Shown: positions 26,816-35,828 of the stretch, in pieces
Numbering within the stretch: position 1 is the first letter of the stretch
How the letters are laid out: the number at the start of each line of letters is the position of its first letter
Assembly (NCBI GenBank): GCA_045863395.1
Contig: BTVJ01000072.1
Coordinates: 1-36,276 of the forward strand
Direction: 5' to 3'
Source of the DNA: Myxococcales bacterium
Lineage (GTDB): Bacteria > Myxococcota_A > UBA9042 > JABWCM01 > BTVJ01
Length of the DNA stretch: 36,276 nucleotides
Position numbers and translations under genes: made by a program
Notes under the pieces: model-generated
The model's database searches: none
What the model was told of the DNA's origin: nothing
Seen by the model: the letters and a program-made list of their open reading frames with translations, nothing else

Positions 26816-27727
26816 ATGGCCGGTGCAAGCCTGCTCACTCTGATTGACGACATCGCGTCGATCCTCGACGACGTCGCCGTGATGACCAAGGTCGCCGCCA
26901 AGAAGACCTCGGCCGTCCTCGGCGACGACCTGGCGCTCAACGCGCAGCAGCTCACGGGCCTCGCGGCGCAGCGTGAGCTGCCGGTGGTCTGGGCTGTCGC
27001 CAAGGGGTCCGCTGTCAACAAGGTGATCCTCGTGCCGCTGGCGCTGGCGATCAGCGCGTTCGTTCCATCGCTGATCCTGCCGTTGCTCATGATCGGCGGT
27101 GCCTACCTGTGCTTCGAGGGGGCGGAGAAGATCATCCACAAGCTCCTGCACCAGGAAGAGAACAGGGAGCACTTGCTGGAGGGATCGGCTGAGCGCGACG
27201 CCGACCCGGCTGAGCTGGAGCGGCAGAAGATCAAGGGGGCGGTGCGCACGGACTTCATCCTGTCGGCTGAGATCATCGTCATCGCCTTGGGGTCGGCGGC
27301 CGACGCCACCTTCGGGGTCCAGGTCGGCGTGCTCACCGTCATAGCGGCGGCCATGACCGTCGGCGTGTACGGGCTGGTGGCGGGCATCGTGAAGCTCGAC
27401 GACGCGGGCCTCCATCTGAGCCAGCAGCCCAGCGCGGCGCTTCAGGGGCTGGGCCGGGCGCTCCTCGTTGCGGCGCCGGTATTCATGAAGATCCTCGGCA
27501 TCGTCGGGACGGCCGCCATGTTCCTGGTGGGGGGCGGCATCGTGGTTCATGGGGTTCCTGCATTGGACGCGCTCATGCACGACTGGACTGATGCCGCCGG
27601 CGCCGCCGGGTTCCTGGTCTCCCCTGCCGTCAACGGCCTCGCAGGTGTCGCCGTCGGTGGCGCTCTCGTGGCCCTCGTGACGCTGGGGCAGAGGATCCGG
27701 GCTGGTCGCGGACCCTCTGGCGCCTGA
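26816..27727 (+). CDS. yedI: DUF808 family inner-membrane protein (YedI-like)
   Basis: MAGASLLTLIDDIASILDDVAVMTKVAAKKT..VLGDDLALNAQQ, RELPVVWAVAKGS, AVRTDFILSAEI, IVKLDD, GTAAMFLVGGGI. AGGAG RBS. Confidence 0.9.
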   Translation: MAGASLLTLIDDIASILDDVAVMTKVAAKKTSAVLGDDLALNAQQLTGLAAQRELPVVWAVAKGSAVNKVILVPLALAISAFVPSLILPLLMIGGAYLCFEGAEKIIHKLLHQEENREHLLEGSAERDADPAELERQKIKGAVRTDFILSAEIIVIALGSAADATFGVQVGVLTVIAAAMTVGVYGLVAGIVKLDDAGLHLSQQPSAALQGLGRALLVAAPVFMKILGIVGTAAMFLVGGGIVVHGVPALDALMHDWTDAAGAAGFLVSPAVNGLAGVAVGGALVALVTLGQRIRAGRGPSGA

Positions 27728-27742
27728 CACCCACGGCAATCG

Positions 27743-29254
27743 ATGACGACGCATGACCCACTGGCCGAGCAGCTTCGCGCTGCCACGGCGTTGATTGAAG
27801 CCGTCGCTGGCAACCGCGACCTGATGCGTGGGCTGACCCCCGAGGAGCGGGCGCGCCTCCTCAACGCCGCCGGGGACCTCTTCTGCCCCAGCGTGGAGCA
27901 GCGGCGCCGGGAGGCCAAGTTGCGCCAGCGGGTTCGCCGGCAGGAGCGGGCCCAGGCGGACCTGGATCTGCGTGCGGAGACCGGGATTCGGGTGCTCCGG
28001 GCGAGGCCGGTGTTCGTCACGCCCGACGTGTACCCGCCCGAGGTGGTGCCGGACGAGGTCGATGATGGCCCAGAGACGCGCGAGCCGCAGCACTGCTACG
28101 TGTGCAAGCAGAAGTACTCGCGCATCCACGCCTTCTACGACCAGCTCTGCCCCCCCTGCGCGGAGCTGAACCTGCGGAAGCGCACGGAGACGGCCGACCT
28201 GAGTGGGCGCGTGGCCCTGCTGACCGGGGGGCGCGTCAAGATCGGCTACCAGGCGGGCATCAAGCTCCTGCGGGCGGGGGCCGCGCTCATCGTGACGACT
28301 CGTTTCCCGCGGGACGCGGCCCTGCGCTACTCGCGGGAGCCCGACTTCGCCGCCTGGGGGGACCGCCTGGAGATCTTCGGCCTCGACCTGCGGCACACTC
28401 CGAGCGTGGAGGCGTTCGCCCTGCACCTCCTGGCCACGCGGGAGCGGCTGGACTTCATCGTGAACAACGCTTGCCAGACCGTGCGCCGGCCGCCGGACTT
28501 CTACCGGCACATGATGGCCATCGAGACGGGGGAGCTGGCGGAGCTGCCTCCAGTCGCCCAGCGGCTTCTCGGGCCCTACGAGGGGCTACGCGGCTATCAC
28601 CTGGTTCCTGGCAGCGAGGCGCTGGCGAGTCGTGGGGAGGCGGCAGGGCTCACCCACGCCGCAGCGCTCTCGCAGGCACCGCTGCTCGCCGACGAGCAGG
28701 TGCCCCGCCACCACCTGTTCCCAGTGGGGAGGCTCGACCAGGACCTGCAGCAGGTGGACCTGCGGGACCGCAACTCGTGGCGCCTCCAGTTGGACGAGGT
28801 CTCCTCCGTCGAGCTTCTGGAGACCCAGCTCATCAACGCCGTCGCCCCCTTCGTGCTCAACGCGCGCCTGAAGCCGCTCATGCTGCGGACGCCGGAGCGG
28901 GACAAGCACATCGTCAACGTCTCGGCGGTGGAGGGGCAGTTCTACCGGCGGCTCAAGACCACGCGGCACCCCCACACGAACATGGCCAAGGCCGCGCTCA
29001 ACATGATGACCCGCACGTCGGCCGCGGACTACCACGCCGACGGCATCCACATGAACAGCGTCGACACGGGGTGGATCAACGACGAGGATCCGGCGCACAT
29101 CGCGGCGCAGAAGGCCGTGGAGCAGCGCTTCTCGCCCCCGCTGGACATCGTCGACGGGGGGGCGCGCATCGTGGATCCCATCATCACCGGGTTCCGCACC
29201 GGCGAGCACGTGTGGGGCAAGTTCCTGAAGGACTATCGGGAGGCTCCGTGGTGA
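27743..29254 (+). CDS. SDR family oxidoreductase with an N-terminal CxxC...CxxC extension
   Basis: CYVC...CPPC; ALLTGGRVKIG; IVNNA; IVNVSAVEGQF; HPHTNMAKAALNM; VDTGW. Confidence 0.88.
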   Translation: MTTHDPLAEQLRAATALIEAVAGNRDLMRGLTPEERARLLNAAGDLFCPSVEQRRREAKLRQRVRRQERAQADLDLRAETGIRVLRARPVFVTPDVYPPEVVPDEVDDGPETREPQHCYVCKQKYSRIHAFYDQLCPPCAELNLRKRTETADLSGRVALLTGGRVKIGYQAGIKLLRAGAALIVTTRFPRDAALRYSREPDFAAWGDRLEIFGLDLRHTPSVEAFALHLLATRERLDFIVNNACQTVRRPPDFYRHMMAIETGELAELPPVAQRLLGPYEGLRGYHLVPGSEALASRGEAAGLTHAAALSQAPLLADEQVPRHHLFPVGRLDQDLQQVDLRDRNSWRLQLDEVSSVELLETQLINAVAPFVLNARLKPLMLRTPERDKHIVNVSAVEGQFYRRLKTTRHPHTNMAKAALNMMTRTSAADYHADGIHMNSVDTGWINDEDPAHIAAQKAVEQRFSPPLDIVDGGARIVDPIITGFRTGEHVWGKFLKDYREAPW

Positions 29255-29408
29255 GGCCCCGACAGGGGGCACGCACGCTGTTGCTCGCAGGTCGGCGGGC
29301 ATGCAGTGATCTGGGCGCGCGTCGTTTCCCCCTCGTGTCCTGTCAGTTGTCGCCGTGACCCGTGCCTCGCCCCACGGGCTCTGCTACCGTGCCCGGCCGA
29401 GGTGGATC

Positions 29409-30371
29409 ATGCACATCTTCGTCACGGGTGGCTCGGGCTTCGTGGGCGGCCACGTCATCGAGGCGCTGGCGCCGCACCATACCATCTCTGCGATGGCCCG
29501 CTCGGAGCGCAGCGCAGCCGCGGTCGCGGCGCTGGGCGCACGGCCTGTGCCCTGCTCCCTGACGGACGTCGCCGAGGAGCACCTGCGGGGCTGTGACGCT
29601 GTCGTCCATGCCGCAGCCTTCGTCGAGGAGTGGGGCACCCGCGACCAGTTCCACAACGGCAACGTCGTTGGGACGGCTCGCGTCCTCGAAGCTGCGCGCG
29701 CCGCGGGCGTAGCCACCCTTGTTCACATCGGTACGGAGGCGGCGCTGTTCGACGGCCACTCCCTCGACGCGGTGGACGAGACGGCCCCCTACCCAACCCG
29801 CCACCGTTACCTGTACTCAGAGACCAAGGCGGAGGCGGAGCACCTCGTGCTATCGGCCGGCGGAGTCCGCGCGATCTCGCTGCGCCCGCGCCTCGTCTGG
29901 GGTCCGCGGGACGCGAGCGTGCTCCCCGCGATCCTGCGCATGGTGGACGCGGGCCGGTTCGCGTGGATCGACGGCGGTCGCGCCCGCACGTCGACGACCC
30001 ACGTCCTCAACCTCGTCCATGGCGTCCGCCTTGCGCTGGAGCGCGGGCGTGGCGGCCAGGCCTACTTCCTGAGCGACGGCGAGGACACGACCTTGCGCAC
30101 CTTCCTCGGCGCATTGATCGCGTCGCAGGGCCGCGCGGTGCCGGACCGCACGGTGCCGGGCTGGGTGGCGCGACCGGTGGCCTGGCTCTCGGAGGTGGTT
30201 GCTCGCATGACGGGCCGGCCGCCTCAGCTCACGCGCTTCGCCGCCGCGATGATGTCGAGCACGGTGACGGTGCGCATCGACAAGGCCCGCTCCGAGCTCG
30301 GCTATGCGCCCGTCGTGACCGTGGCGGAGGGGCTGGAGGCGCTACGACGTTGCTCGGCGCCCACGCCCTGA
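29409..30371 (+). CDS. NAD-dependent epimerase/dehydratase (3-beta-HSD-like extended SDR)
   Basis: IFVTGGSGFVG, VVHAAA, NVVGT, YSETK (YxxxK), LRPRLVWGPRD. GAGG RBS before ATG 29409. Confidence 0.9.
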   Translation: MHIFVTGGSGFVGGHVIEALAPHHTISAMARSERSAAAVAALGARPVPCSLTDVAEEHLRGCDAVVHAAAFVEEWGTRDQFHNGNVVGTARVLEAARAAGVATLVHIGTEAALFDGHSLDAVDETAPYPTRHRYLYSETKAEAEHLVLSAGGVRAISLRPRLVWGPRDASVLPAILRMVDAGRFAWIDGGRARTSTTHVLNLVHGVRLALERGRGGQAYFLSDGEDTTLRTFLGALIASQGRAVPDRTVPGWVARPVAWLSEVVARMTGRPPQLTRFAAAMMSSTVTVRIDKARSELGYAPVVTVAEGLEALRRCSAPTP

Positions 30372-30560
30372 GGCGATGTCCGCCGGGCTCAGGGCGCTGC
30401 GCGACTCGGGGGCACGCCGTTGTTCGGCGCTCCGAGGCTCGCGCTCCATACTGTCTCCATGGCCGCTGCCGCAGCGCCGCTGGCGGTTCGGAGGGCCCTT
30501 GGAGTGCTGCGGGGACCACGCGCGGGAGGCAAGTCCATGGGTGGTGCGAGGAGAGCAGGT

Positions 30561-31145
30561 GTGAGCGCCACCGAGGTCGGAGTGGCGCCAGCCGACGCGA
30601 GCCCCGGGAGCGCAGTGGACGGGGGAGCCGCCGGGGTGGACGAGGAGGGGCTCCGCGCCGAGCTGCTTGCGGCGTGGCGCGCCGAGCGGCGGCGGGCCCG
30701 CGCGTGGGACCGCGCAACGGTCCTGGGGTCGTTTGCAACCTTGGCGCTCCTCCTCACGCTGCTGTTCGGCGCCGGCTACGACCAGTGGTGGCTCGTCGTG
30801 CTCTCACTGTTCGCGGTCTTCACCCGGGCTTGCGGGCTGGTGGTGCTCCGCGTCTTTCTGTACCCGCGGCTGTTGGCCGAGCTCTCGAGCCCGGTGCCGG
30901 AGCGCCGCCGCGCCGCTCGGGCCGTCGCCGAGGAGAACCGTCTGGCGCTCCTCTACGACATCGCCGTCGAGCGCCACATGGACTGCGAGCCCGCGGCGCT
31001 CGAAGCGCTGAGCCTCGATGCGGTCGCTGCCTGGCCAGAGGTCGCCGACATCGAGCGGTGGCACCGGATTGGCCGCCGCACCCTCGCGGCGTGGGTCGTG
31101 GTCGCGGCGCTCGTCGGGACCCTGCTCGTGGTAGGGCTTCCGTGA
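30561..31145 (+). CDS. Hypothetical membrane protein with about three TM segments
   Basis: Hydrophobic stretches VLGSFATLALLLTLLFGA, WWLVVLSLFAVF...VFL and LAAWVVVAALVGTLLVVG. GTG 30561 follows GAGGAG; start uncertain. Confidence 0.6.
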   Translation: MSATEVGVAPADASPGSAVDGGAAGVDEEGLRAELLAAWRAERRRARAWDRATVLGSFATLALLLTLLFGAGYDQWWLVVLSLFAVFTRACGLVVLRVFLYPRLLAELSSPVPERRRAARAVAEENRLALLYDIAVERHMDCEPAALEALSLDAVAAWPEVADIERWHRIGRRTLAAWVVVAALVGTLLVVGLP

Positions 31146-31384
31146 GATCTCACCCGTCTCTTCCCATGTCTCACGCGGATGGCCGCATGGATGGGAGGGC
31201 CGGGGTGGCAGCGTGTGGGGGTGCCAGGAGATGCGGACGCCGAACACTCTGACTCCGACCACGTTGCCCTCGGCGGTGTCCAGGTCTGCCCTGTCCGCCC
31301 CACCGCCGCCATAGACGTGCGTGTGCCGTCGGATCTGGCGCGCTGCCAGCGTGGCCATCTGCAGCGTACGGGCGCGGCCGACCA

Positions 31385-31414
31385 TTGACCCGATCAGTAT
31401 CCGCCCTTTATCAT
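31385..31414 (+). promoter_or_regulatory. Putative sigma70-type promoter for the five-gene operon
   Basis: TTGACC (31385-31390), 18-nt spacer, TATCAT (31409-31414), about 220 nt upstream of ATG 31632. Confidence 0.4.
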
Positions 31415-31631
31415 GGCTCCCGCTCGGCCATGGCGAGACGTGAATGCCCCTTCCGGGACGATCTGCCGAAGGCTCGTCCACGTTCTAGCGTCTGCACGAT
31501 AGAGCGTCCCACTCCCGGACTGGGGCCAGGGAACGCTACACGGAGCGAAGGTGAGCGCTTCGTCGCCTCGGATGGTGCTCGACTCGCGTACAGCGGGCGG
31601 GGGTGTTGGTGAAAGCACAGGGAGTAACGTG

Positions 31632-33104
31632 ATGGGGCGGGACGGACAAGACGTCCAGGTGCTGGTGGCCGTGACAGCGACCGACTTCCCGTCGGGTTTG
31701 CGGAGCCTCTTCGACGACCTCCGAGCCGACCTGGACCGCAGCGCGCTCAGCCCCTCCGCGCTCGGAGTGATCGCGCTGGAGAACAGCATCTCCGCGGACG
31801 CCCGCGGGCAATCTGTTGCGGCCGTCCAGGAGCTCGCGAATGATGGCGTGGAGGCGCTGCATGTCGACCGCGGCCACCGCAGAGCCGCGATCGCCGAGAC
31901 GCGCCACGCACTCACATGCGAGATCGCACGGTGGGCAGGTCGTGGGCGACGCGCGGCCGTCTATTGGATGATCGATGACGACCTCCGCCTCGAGACGCTC
32001 CGATTGGACGCTGGAGGTCAGCTCCGCTCGGGCACGGAGGGATACCTACGAGGCTGGCTGAGCCACGGGAGGGCGGGTCGCATCGACCTCGGAGTCGGGT
32101 CCGTGACCGGAGACCCGCCGATTCGGCCGGAGATGATGATCTTGTGCCAGGTCAGCGATCTGCTCGCAAACCTGTCTACCTTGCTCGCGCTGCCTCCACT
32201 CTCCCTCTACGAGCCGTACCCGACGGGGATCTTCGACCTCCCCGACTACTACTACGATCTGACCGATCACGGAGACCGGCACTTGTCGGGGAGCGCGCCG
32301 TGGCTGCCGGAGTCGACCAGCGGAACGTCCGTCCGCGACCAGCTCCTGGCGCTGCTCGACGCGGGGAAGGACCTGCCACACGGGCGAGCCGTGACTCGTC
32401 CCGTGGTGGACAACCGTGCGGCCGTCGATCCGGGAGCCGACCTGCGGCGAGGCGGCAACGCTGCGTTCTTCACGCTCGATGCGTGCCTGTCTCACCCATA
32501 CCCGACCCTGACGGTTGCAGGAACGATGCTTCGGCGCTCAGACATGGTGGGCGCCGCGCTTCTCCGACGGAGTGGTTTCGGGGTGCGCCGAGTGCCCGTA
32601 GCGATACGTCACCGGCGGACGTGCGGGCAGCACGAGTCCCGGTTCGGGCGCCGCTCGGCGCCCGATGTCTGGGACAGCATCACGGCCGAGTTCTTCGGTG
32701 TGCTGGTTGCGCGCCTCGTGATGGACCCATCGGCCGAGGACGCGCTTCCGCGCGTCACGCGTCTTTCGAACGGGCGTTCTACCAGATTGACCGCGAACCT
32801 GAGACGTGCGGCGGGAACCCTCGATCAGCTTCGCGATCTTGTCAGGGATCCGCCGGGTTGGGCACGAGACGACGCCGAGGTGCGCCATGCTCTGGCGGGC
32901 TTCGCCGAGGCCATTGATGCCGTCTCGGTGGTCGTCGGCGGCTGGAGCGACGCCGCGAGAGAGGAGTGGCTCACGGCCCTTCGCGAGCACCTGACCCGGC
33001 CGGAGCATCTGAGCCAGACGGTGTGCCAGGTCGAGCGCGCGGAGTACGACGCGCGGCGCCAGCGGGCAGAAGCACTCGCAGCGTTGGGAGGGCAGGCTCC
33101 ATGA
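31632..33104 (+). CDS. Hypothetical protein with an N-terminal GT-A glycosyltransferase-like region, ~490 aa
   Basis: VLVAVTAT, VIALENS, IAETRHAL, then YWMIDDDLRL (DxD-type motif after a hydrophobic strand), GDPP, DYYYDL, RGGNAAF, RRSD, IRHRR. AGGGAG RBS before ATG 31632. Confidence 0.6.
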   Translation: MGRDGQDVQVLVAVTATDFPSGLRSLFDDLRADLDRSALSPSALGVIALENSISADARGQSVAAVQELANDGVEALHVDRGHRRAAIAETRHALTCEIARWAGRGRRAAVYWMIDDDLRLETLRLDAGGQLRSGTEGYLRGWLSHGRAGRIDLGVGSVTGDPPIRPEMMILCQVSDLLANLSTLLALPPLSLYEPYPTGIFDLPDYYYDLTDHGDRHLSGSAPWLPESTSGTSVRDQLLALLDAGKDLPHGRAVTRPVVDNRAAVDPGADLRRGGNAAFFTLDACLSHPYPTLTVAGTMLRRSDMVGAALLRRSGFGVRRVPVAIRHRRTCGQHESRFGRRSAPDVWDSITAEFFGVLVARLVMDPSAEDALPRVTRLSNGRSTRLTANLRRAAGTLDQLRDLVRDPPGWARDDAEVRHALAGFAEAIDAVSVVVGGWSDAAREEWLTALREHLTRPEHLSQTVCQVERAEYDARRQRAEALAALGGQAP

Positions 33105-33844
33105 CGCGACGTCTCGTCCCCGTCGTCTCGGTCGTCGGAAGTGCAAGTGGCCTCGCGCCCGGATCGGTTCACGCCATCGAGCGCCTCGGACACCTGCTCA
33201 TGGAGGCCGGCTGCCGCCTGGTCACGGGCGGGCTGGGAGGGGTCATGGAGGCCGTGAGCCGGGGTGCCCGCCAGTCTCCGGCATGGTCCGAGGGGCGCGT
33301 CGTCGGCATCCTCCCCAGCTACGACGCCTCGCTGGCCAACGCCTGGTCCGACATCGTCGTGCCGTCGGGCCTCGGGGTCGCTCGCAATGTGCTGGTGGTG
33401 TCCTGCGCCGACGTCGTGGTCGCTGTCTCCGGGGGCGCCGGGACGCTCAGCGAGGTGGCGCTGGCCTGGCAGCTCCGAAAGCCCATCGTCTGCCTTGCCA
33501 CCCACGGCGGTTGGGCAGACCGCCTGGGAGGCGAGGCCCTCGACGGTCGCAGGCTCGACACGATCCATGCGGTGCACTCGCCGGACGATGTGGTCCGATG
33601 GGTGGCCGAGGCTCTTGCGAGGGCAGCGCTCGACAGCAGCGCTGGGGATGTTGCATTGCCGTCCGGCGCCAAGAGGTCGACCTTGCGCGATGGCTCCGAC
33701 CTGGTAGACTACGGCCATTGCAGGACGGGAGCGGCAGAGGCGCACCCGGTGCCCCCCGAAGAGCGGACGCCTCTCGGGTCACCATGGAATGAATCGGAGG
33801 AGCGCCCGCAAGGGCACACCCCGACCAAGGGGGTGCCCGCATGA
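33101..33844 (+). CDS. SLOG superfamily protein (TIGR00725 / LOG-like nucleotide-binding fold)
   Basis: VSVVGS, LVTGGLGGVMEAVSRGA, VVGILP, GLGVARNVLVV, VSGGAGTLSEVALA, KPIV, GGWA. ATGA overlaps at both ends. Confidence 0.88.
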   Translation: MTRRLVPVVSVVGSASGLAPGSVHAIERLGHLLMEAGCRLVTGGLGGVMEAVSRGARQSPAWSEGRVVGILPSYDASLANAWSDIVVPSGLGVARNVLVVSCADVVVAVSGGAGTLSEVALAWQLRKPIVCLATHGGWADRLGGEALDGRRLDTIHAVHSPDDVVRWVAEALARAALDSSAGDVALPSGAKRSTLRDGSDLVDYGHCRTGAAEAHPVPPEERTPLGSPWNESEERPQGHTPTKGVPA

Positions 33845-34878
33845 ATGTGATTGTCAGCGGAGGCACCTTCGACGACTCGGGCGATGGGATCCTGTGGCAC
33901 GTGGATCTGGAGCGCGGGAGTGCAGAGACCGTGCTCTTGCATCGACCGCCTCCGGGTCTGTCGGTGAAGGGAAAGGGCTTCACGGGCGCGAGCTGGTTGG
34001 GCCCGCCGGGCCAGTCGGAGCTCCTCGTCTGCGGCTTCAATGCGGTCTACCGCGTGAGCGCGAGCCGGTGGGAGGTCACCGGCTTACTGCACCAGCCCTG
34101 CATGAACGACCTCCACCATGTCGCCGTGATCCAGGGAAAGGTATACGTCGTCAACACTGGCCTCGACTCCGTGGACGTGTTCGACGTGGCTGGCCGGTTC
34201 GTCGGGTCTCATTGCACAGGCCCGGCCTGGCTTCAGGCGCGACGACTTTCTGGAGTCTCGCCCTCCAGGTCGGACTGGCAGGGGCTGCTCGATCCGGGGT
34301 GGGATCTCCGCAGCTTCGAGGCCGCGGACTCTCCGCCGCGCGGGGCGTATTACGAGACCAGGTCGTCGGTGGAGCAGCCCTTTCACCAGAGGGTGGTGCG
34401 GGACTATGTGCACCCGAACCACATCGCCGAGGTGGGGAACCGCCTGCTTTGCACCCGCTTGGCAGACTCGCGCGTCGTGGATCTGAGGACTCTCGAGACA
34501 GTCATCGACGACTTCCCGGGGCATCCTCACGATGGAGTGGTGATGGGCGGACAGGTGTGGTTGACCTGCGTAGGCGGGTACGTGGTCTCATTCGAACCTT
34601 CAGATCCACCACCCTGGCCTCCGGTCCATGTGCTCGACATCGTCGCCACGACCGGCCGGTCCGGGTGGTGCAGGGGTCTGCTGGTGCGAGACGACGTGCT
34701 CGTCGTGGGACTGACTGAGATCCGCCAGGCATCCGCGTACTTCTGGCGTGACGCCCCATTCGCAGGGACCGAGACCTCGGTGCTCGTCATCGACAAGAGC
34801 ACGGGCCGTCTTCTCCAACGCGTCGATCTGACCGACCGGAAGCGCCACTCCAAGATCTACAGCGTGCTGCCACTATGA
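33841..34878 (+). CDS. Hypothetical His-rich beta-propeller-like protein, 345 aa
   Basis: Blade-like repeats KGFTGA, NDLHHVAV..KVYVVNTGLD, VHPNHI, GHPHDG, GWCRGLLV, IYSVL. ATGA overlaps at both ends. Confidence 0.7.
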   Translation: MNVIVSGGTFDDSGDGILWHVDLERGSAETVLLHRPPPGLSVKGKGFTGASWLGPPGQSELLVCGFNAVYRVSASRWEVTGLLHQPCMNDLHHVAVIQGKVYVVNTGLDSVDVFDVAGRFVGSHCTGPAWLQARRLSGVSPSRSDWQGLLDPGWDLRSFEAADSPPRGAYYETRSSVEQPFHQRVVRDYVHPNHIAEVGNRLLCTRLADSRVVDLRTLETVIDDFPGHPHDGVVMGGQVWLTCVGGYVVSFEPSDPPPWPPVHVLDIVATTGRSGWCRGLLVRDDVLVVGLTEIRQASAYFWRDAPFAGTETSVLVIDKSTGRLLQRVDLTDRKRHSKIYSVLPL

Positions 34879-35828
34879 ATGACACTGTTGATTCACACGG
34901 AAGGGACGGGGCCAACCCTCTGCGCGCGGCCTCTCTGATCGAGGCTCCCGATGTTCGGGTTCCACCCAGCCCAAGTCCACGAGACAAGGTGATCGGCGAG
35001 CGCCTCGCGGCTGCGCTCGCCCCGCTGCTGGAGGCACGCCCGGTTCGGTCGAACCCCCAAGGCCTGCGCCGGGTCCGAGAGCAGATTGCGGAGGGACTCT
35101 CCGTGCTCGGGTTTCGCGTCGAGCAGCTCGGCGACCCAGCCGAGGCCCCAATCCTGCTGGCCCACCGCCCGGGGCGCGGCCTGCACGTGGCTCTCTCAGC
35201 TCACTACGACGTGGAGGCGGGGGGGGGCGGATGGACGCTCCCACCCTTTCGTCCGAGTCTGCACGATGACCGCCTGTTCGGACGAGGCACGGCCGACAAC
35301 CTCGGCCCTCTGCTCCTGCGCTTCCAGGTCCTTGGCGAGCTCGACACGGACACTCCGCCCCTCACCTGGGTCATTCAGGGCGAGGAGGAGATCGGTTCAC
35401 CGCTGGCGCACCGACTCTATCCGACACTCCAGATTCCTCCGGTGGACCTGTGGATCGAGGAGACGGGGTACTTCGAGCGGAGCGGGCGACAGCGAATGCT
35501 CCTGTGCAGACCCGATGCGGCGGCTCGCCTAGTCGTCGAGTCGCTGACCGCCGTCGCCGAGCAGCACGGGCGGCGTGTGGAGATCCATGATCGGGTGCTC
35601 AACAAGGCGTTCGGCGCAGACCGCTGCCCGGTGCTCACTCACCTGGTTGGCGATCATCCCTACCTGGCGATTGGGCCCAACGACCCAGACTCACGGATCC
35701 ATCGCCCGGACGAGTCATTGCCCCTCGCGAACCTGGCAATCGCGTGGGAGCAGTTTGCCGCTGCGGTGCGCACGGCTTCGACGGTGGAGGGAGGTCATGA
35801 TGGGCGCTATTCGCTTTCACTGGACTGA
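34875..35828 (+). CDS. M20/M25/M40 family metallo-hydrolase, apparently lacking the dimerisation domain
   Basis: AHYDV, LFGRGTADNLG, QGEEEIGS, IEE, IHRPDESL metal-ligand motifs; only 317 aa. Confidence 0.85.
   Translation: MNDTVDSHGRDGANPLRAASLIEAPDVRVPPSPSPRDKVIGERLAAALAPLLEARPVRSNPQGLRRVREQIAEGLSVLGFRVEQLGDPAEAPILLAHRPGRGLHVALSAHYDVEAGGGGWTLPPFRPSLHDDRLFGRGTADNLGPLLLRFQVLGELDTDTPPLTWVIQGEEEIGSPLAHRLYPTLQIPPVDLWIEETGYFERSGRQRMLLCRPDAAARLVVESLTAVAEQHGRRVEIHDRVLNKAFGADRCPVLTHLVGDHPYLAIGPNDPDSRIHRPDESLPLANLAIAWEQFAAAVRTASTVEGGHDGRYSLSLD

Noticed and set aside
25964..28510. 848-aa minus-strand ORF spanning three genes
   Set aside because: Antisense to well-supported plus-strand genes (giant lipoprotein end, DUF808, SDR).
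30804..31481. Minus-strand 225-aa ORF across the island boundary
   Set aside because: Half of it is antisense to the membrane-protein gene and it has no recognisable motifs.
31430..31612. Small ORF in the operon leader (MARRECPF...ERFVASDGARLAYSGRGCW) as a RiPP precursor or hydrolase remnant
   Set aside because: No RBS, no codon bias and no RiPP maturase or RRE in the operon. The FVASDGARLAY resemblance to alpha/beta-hydrolase N-termini is too short to support a call.
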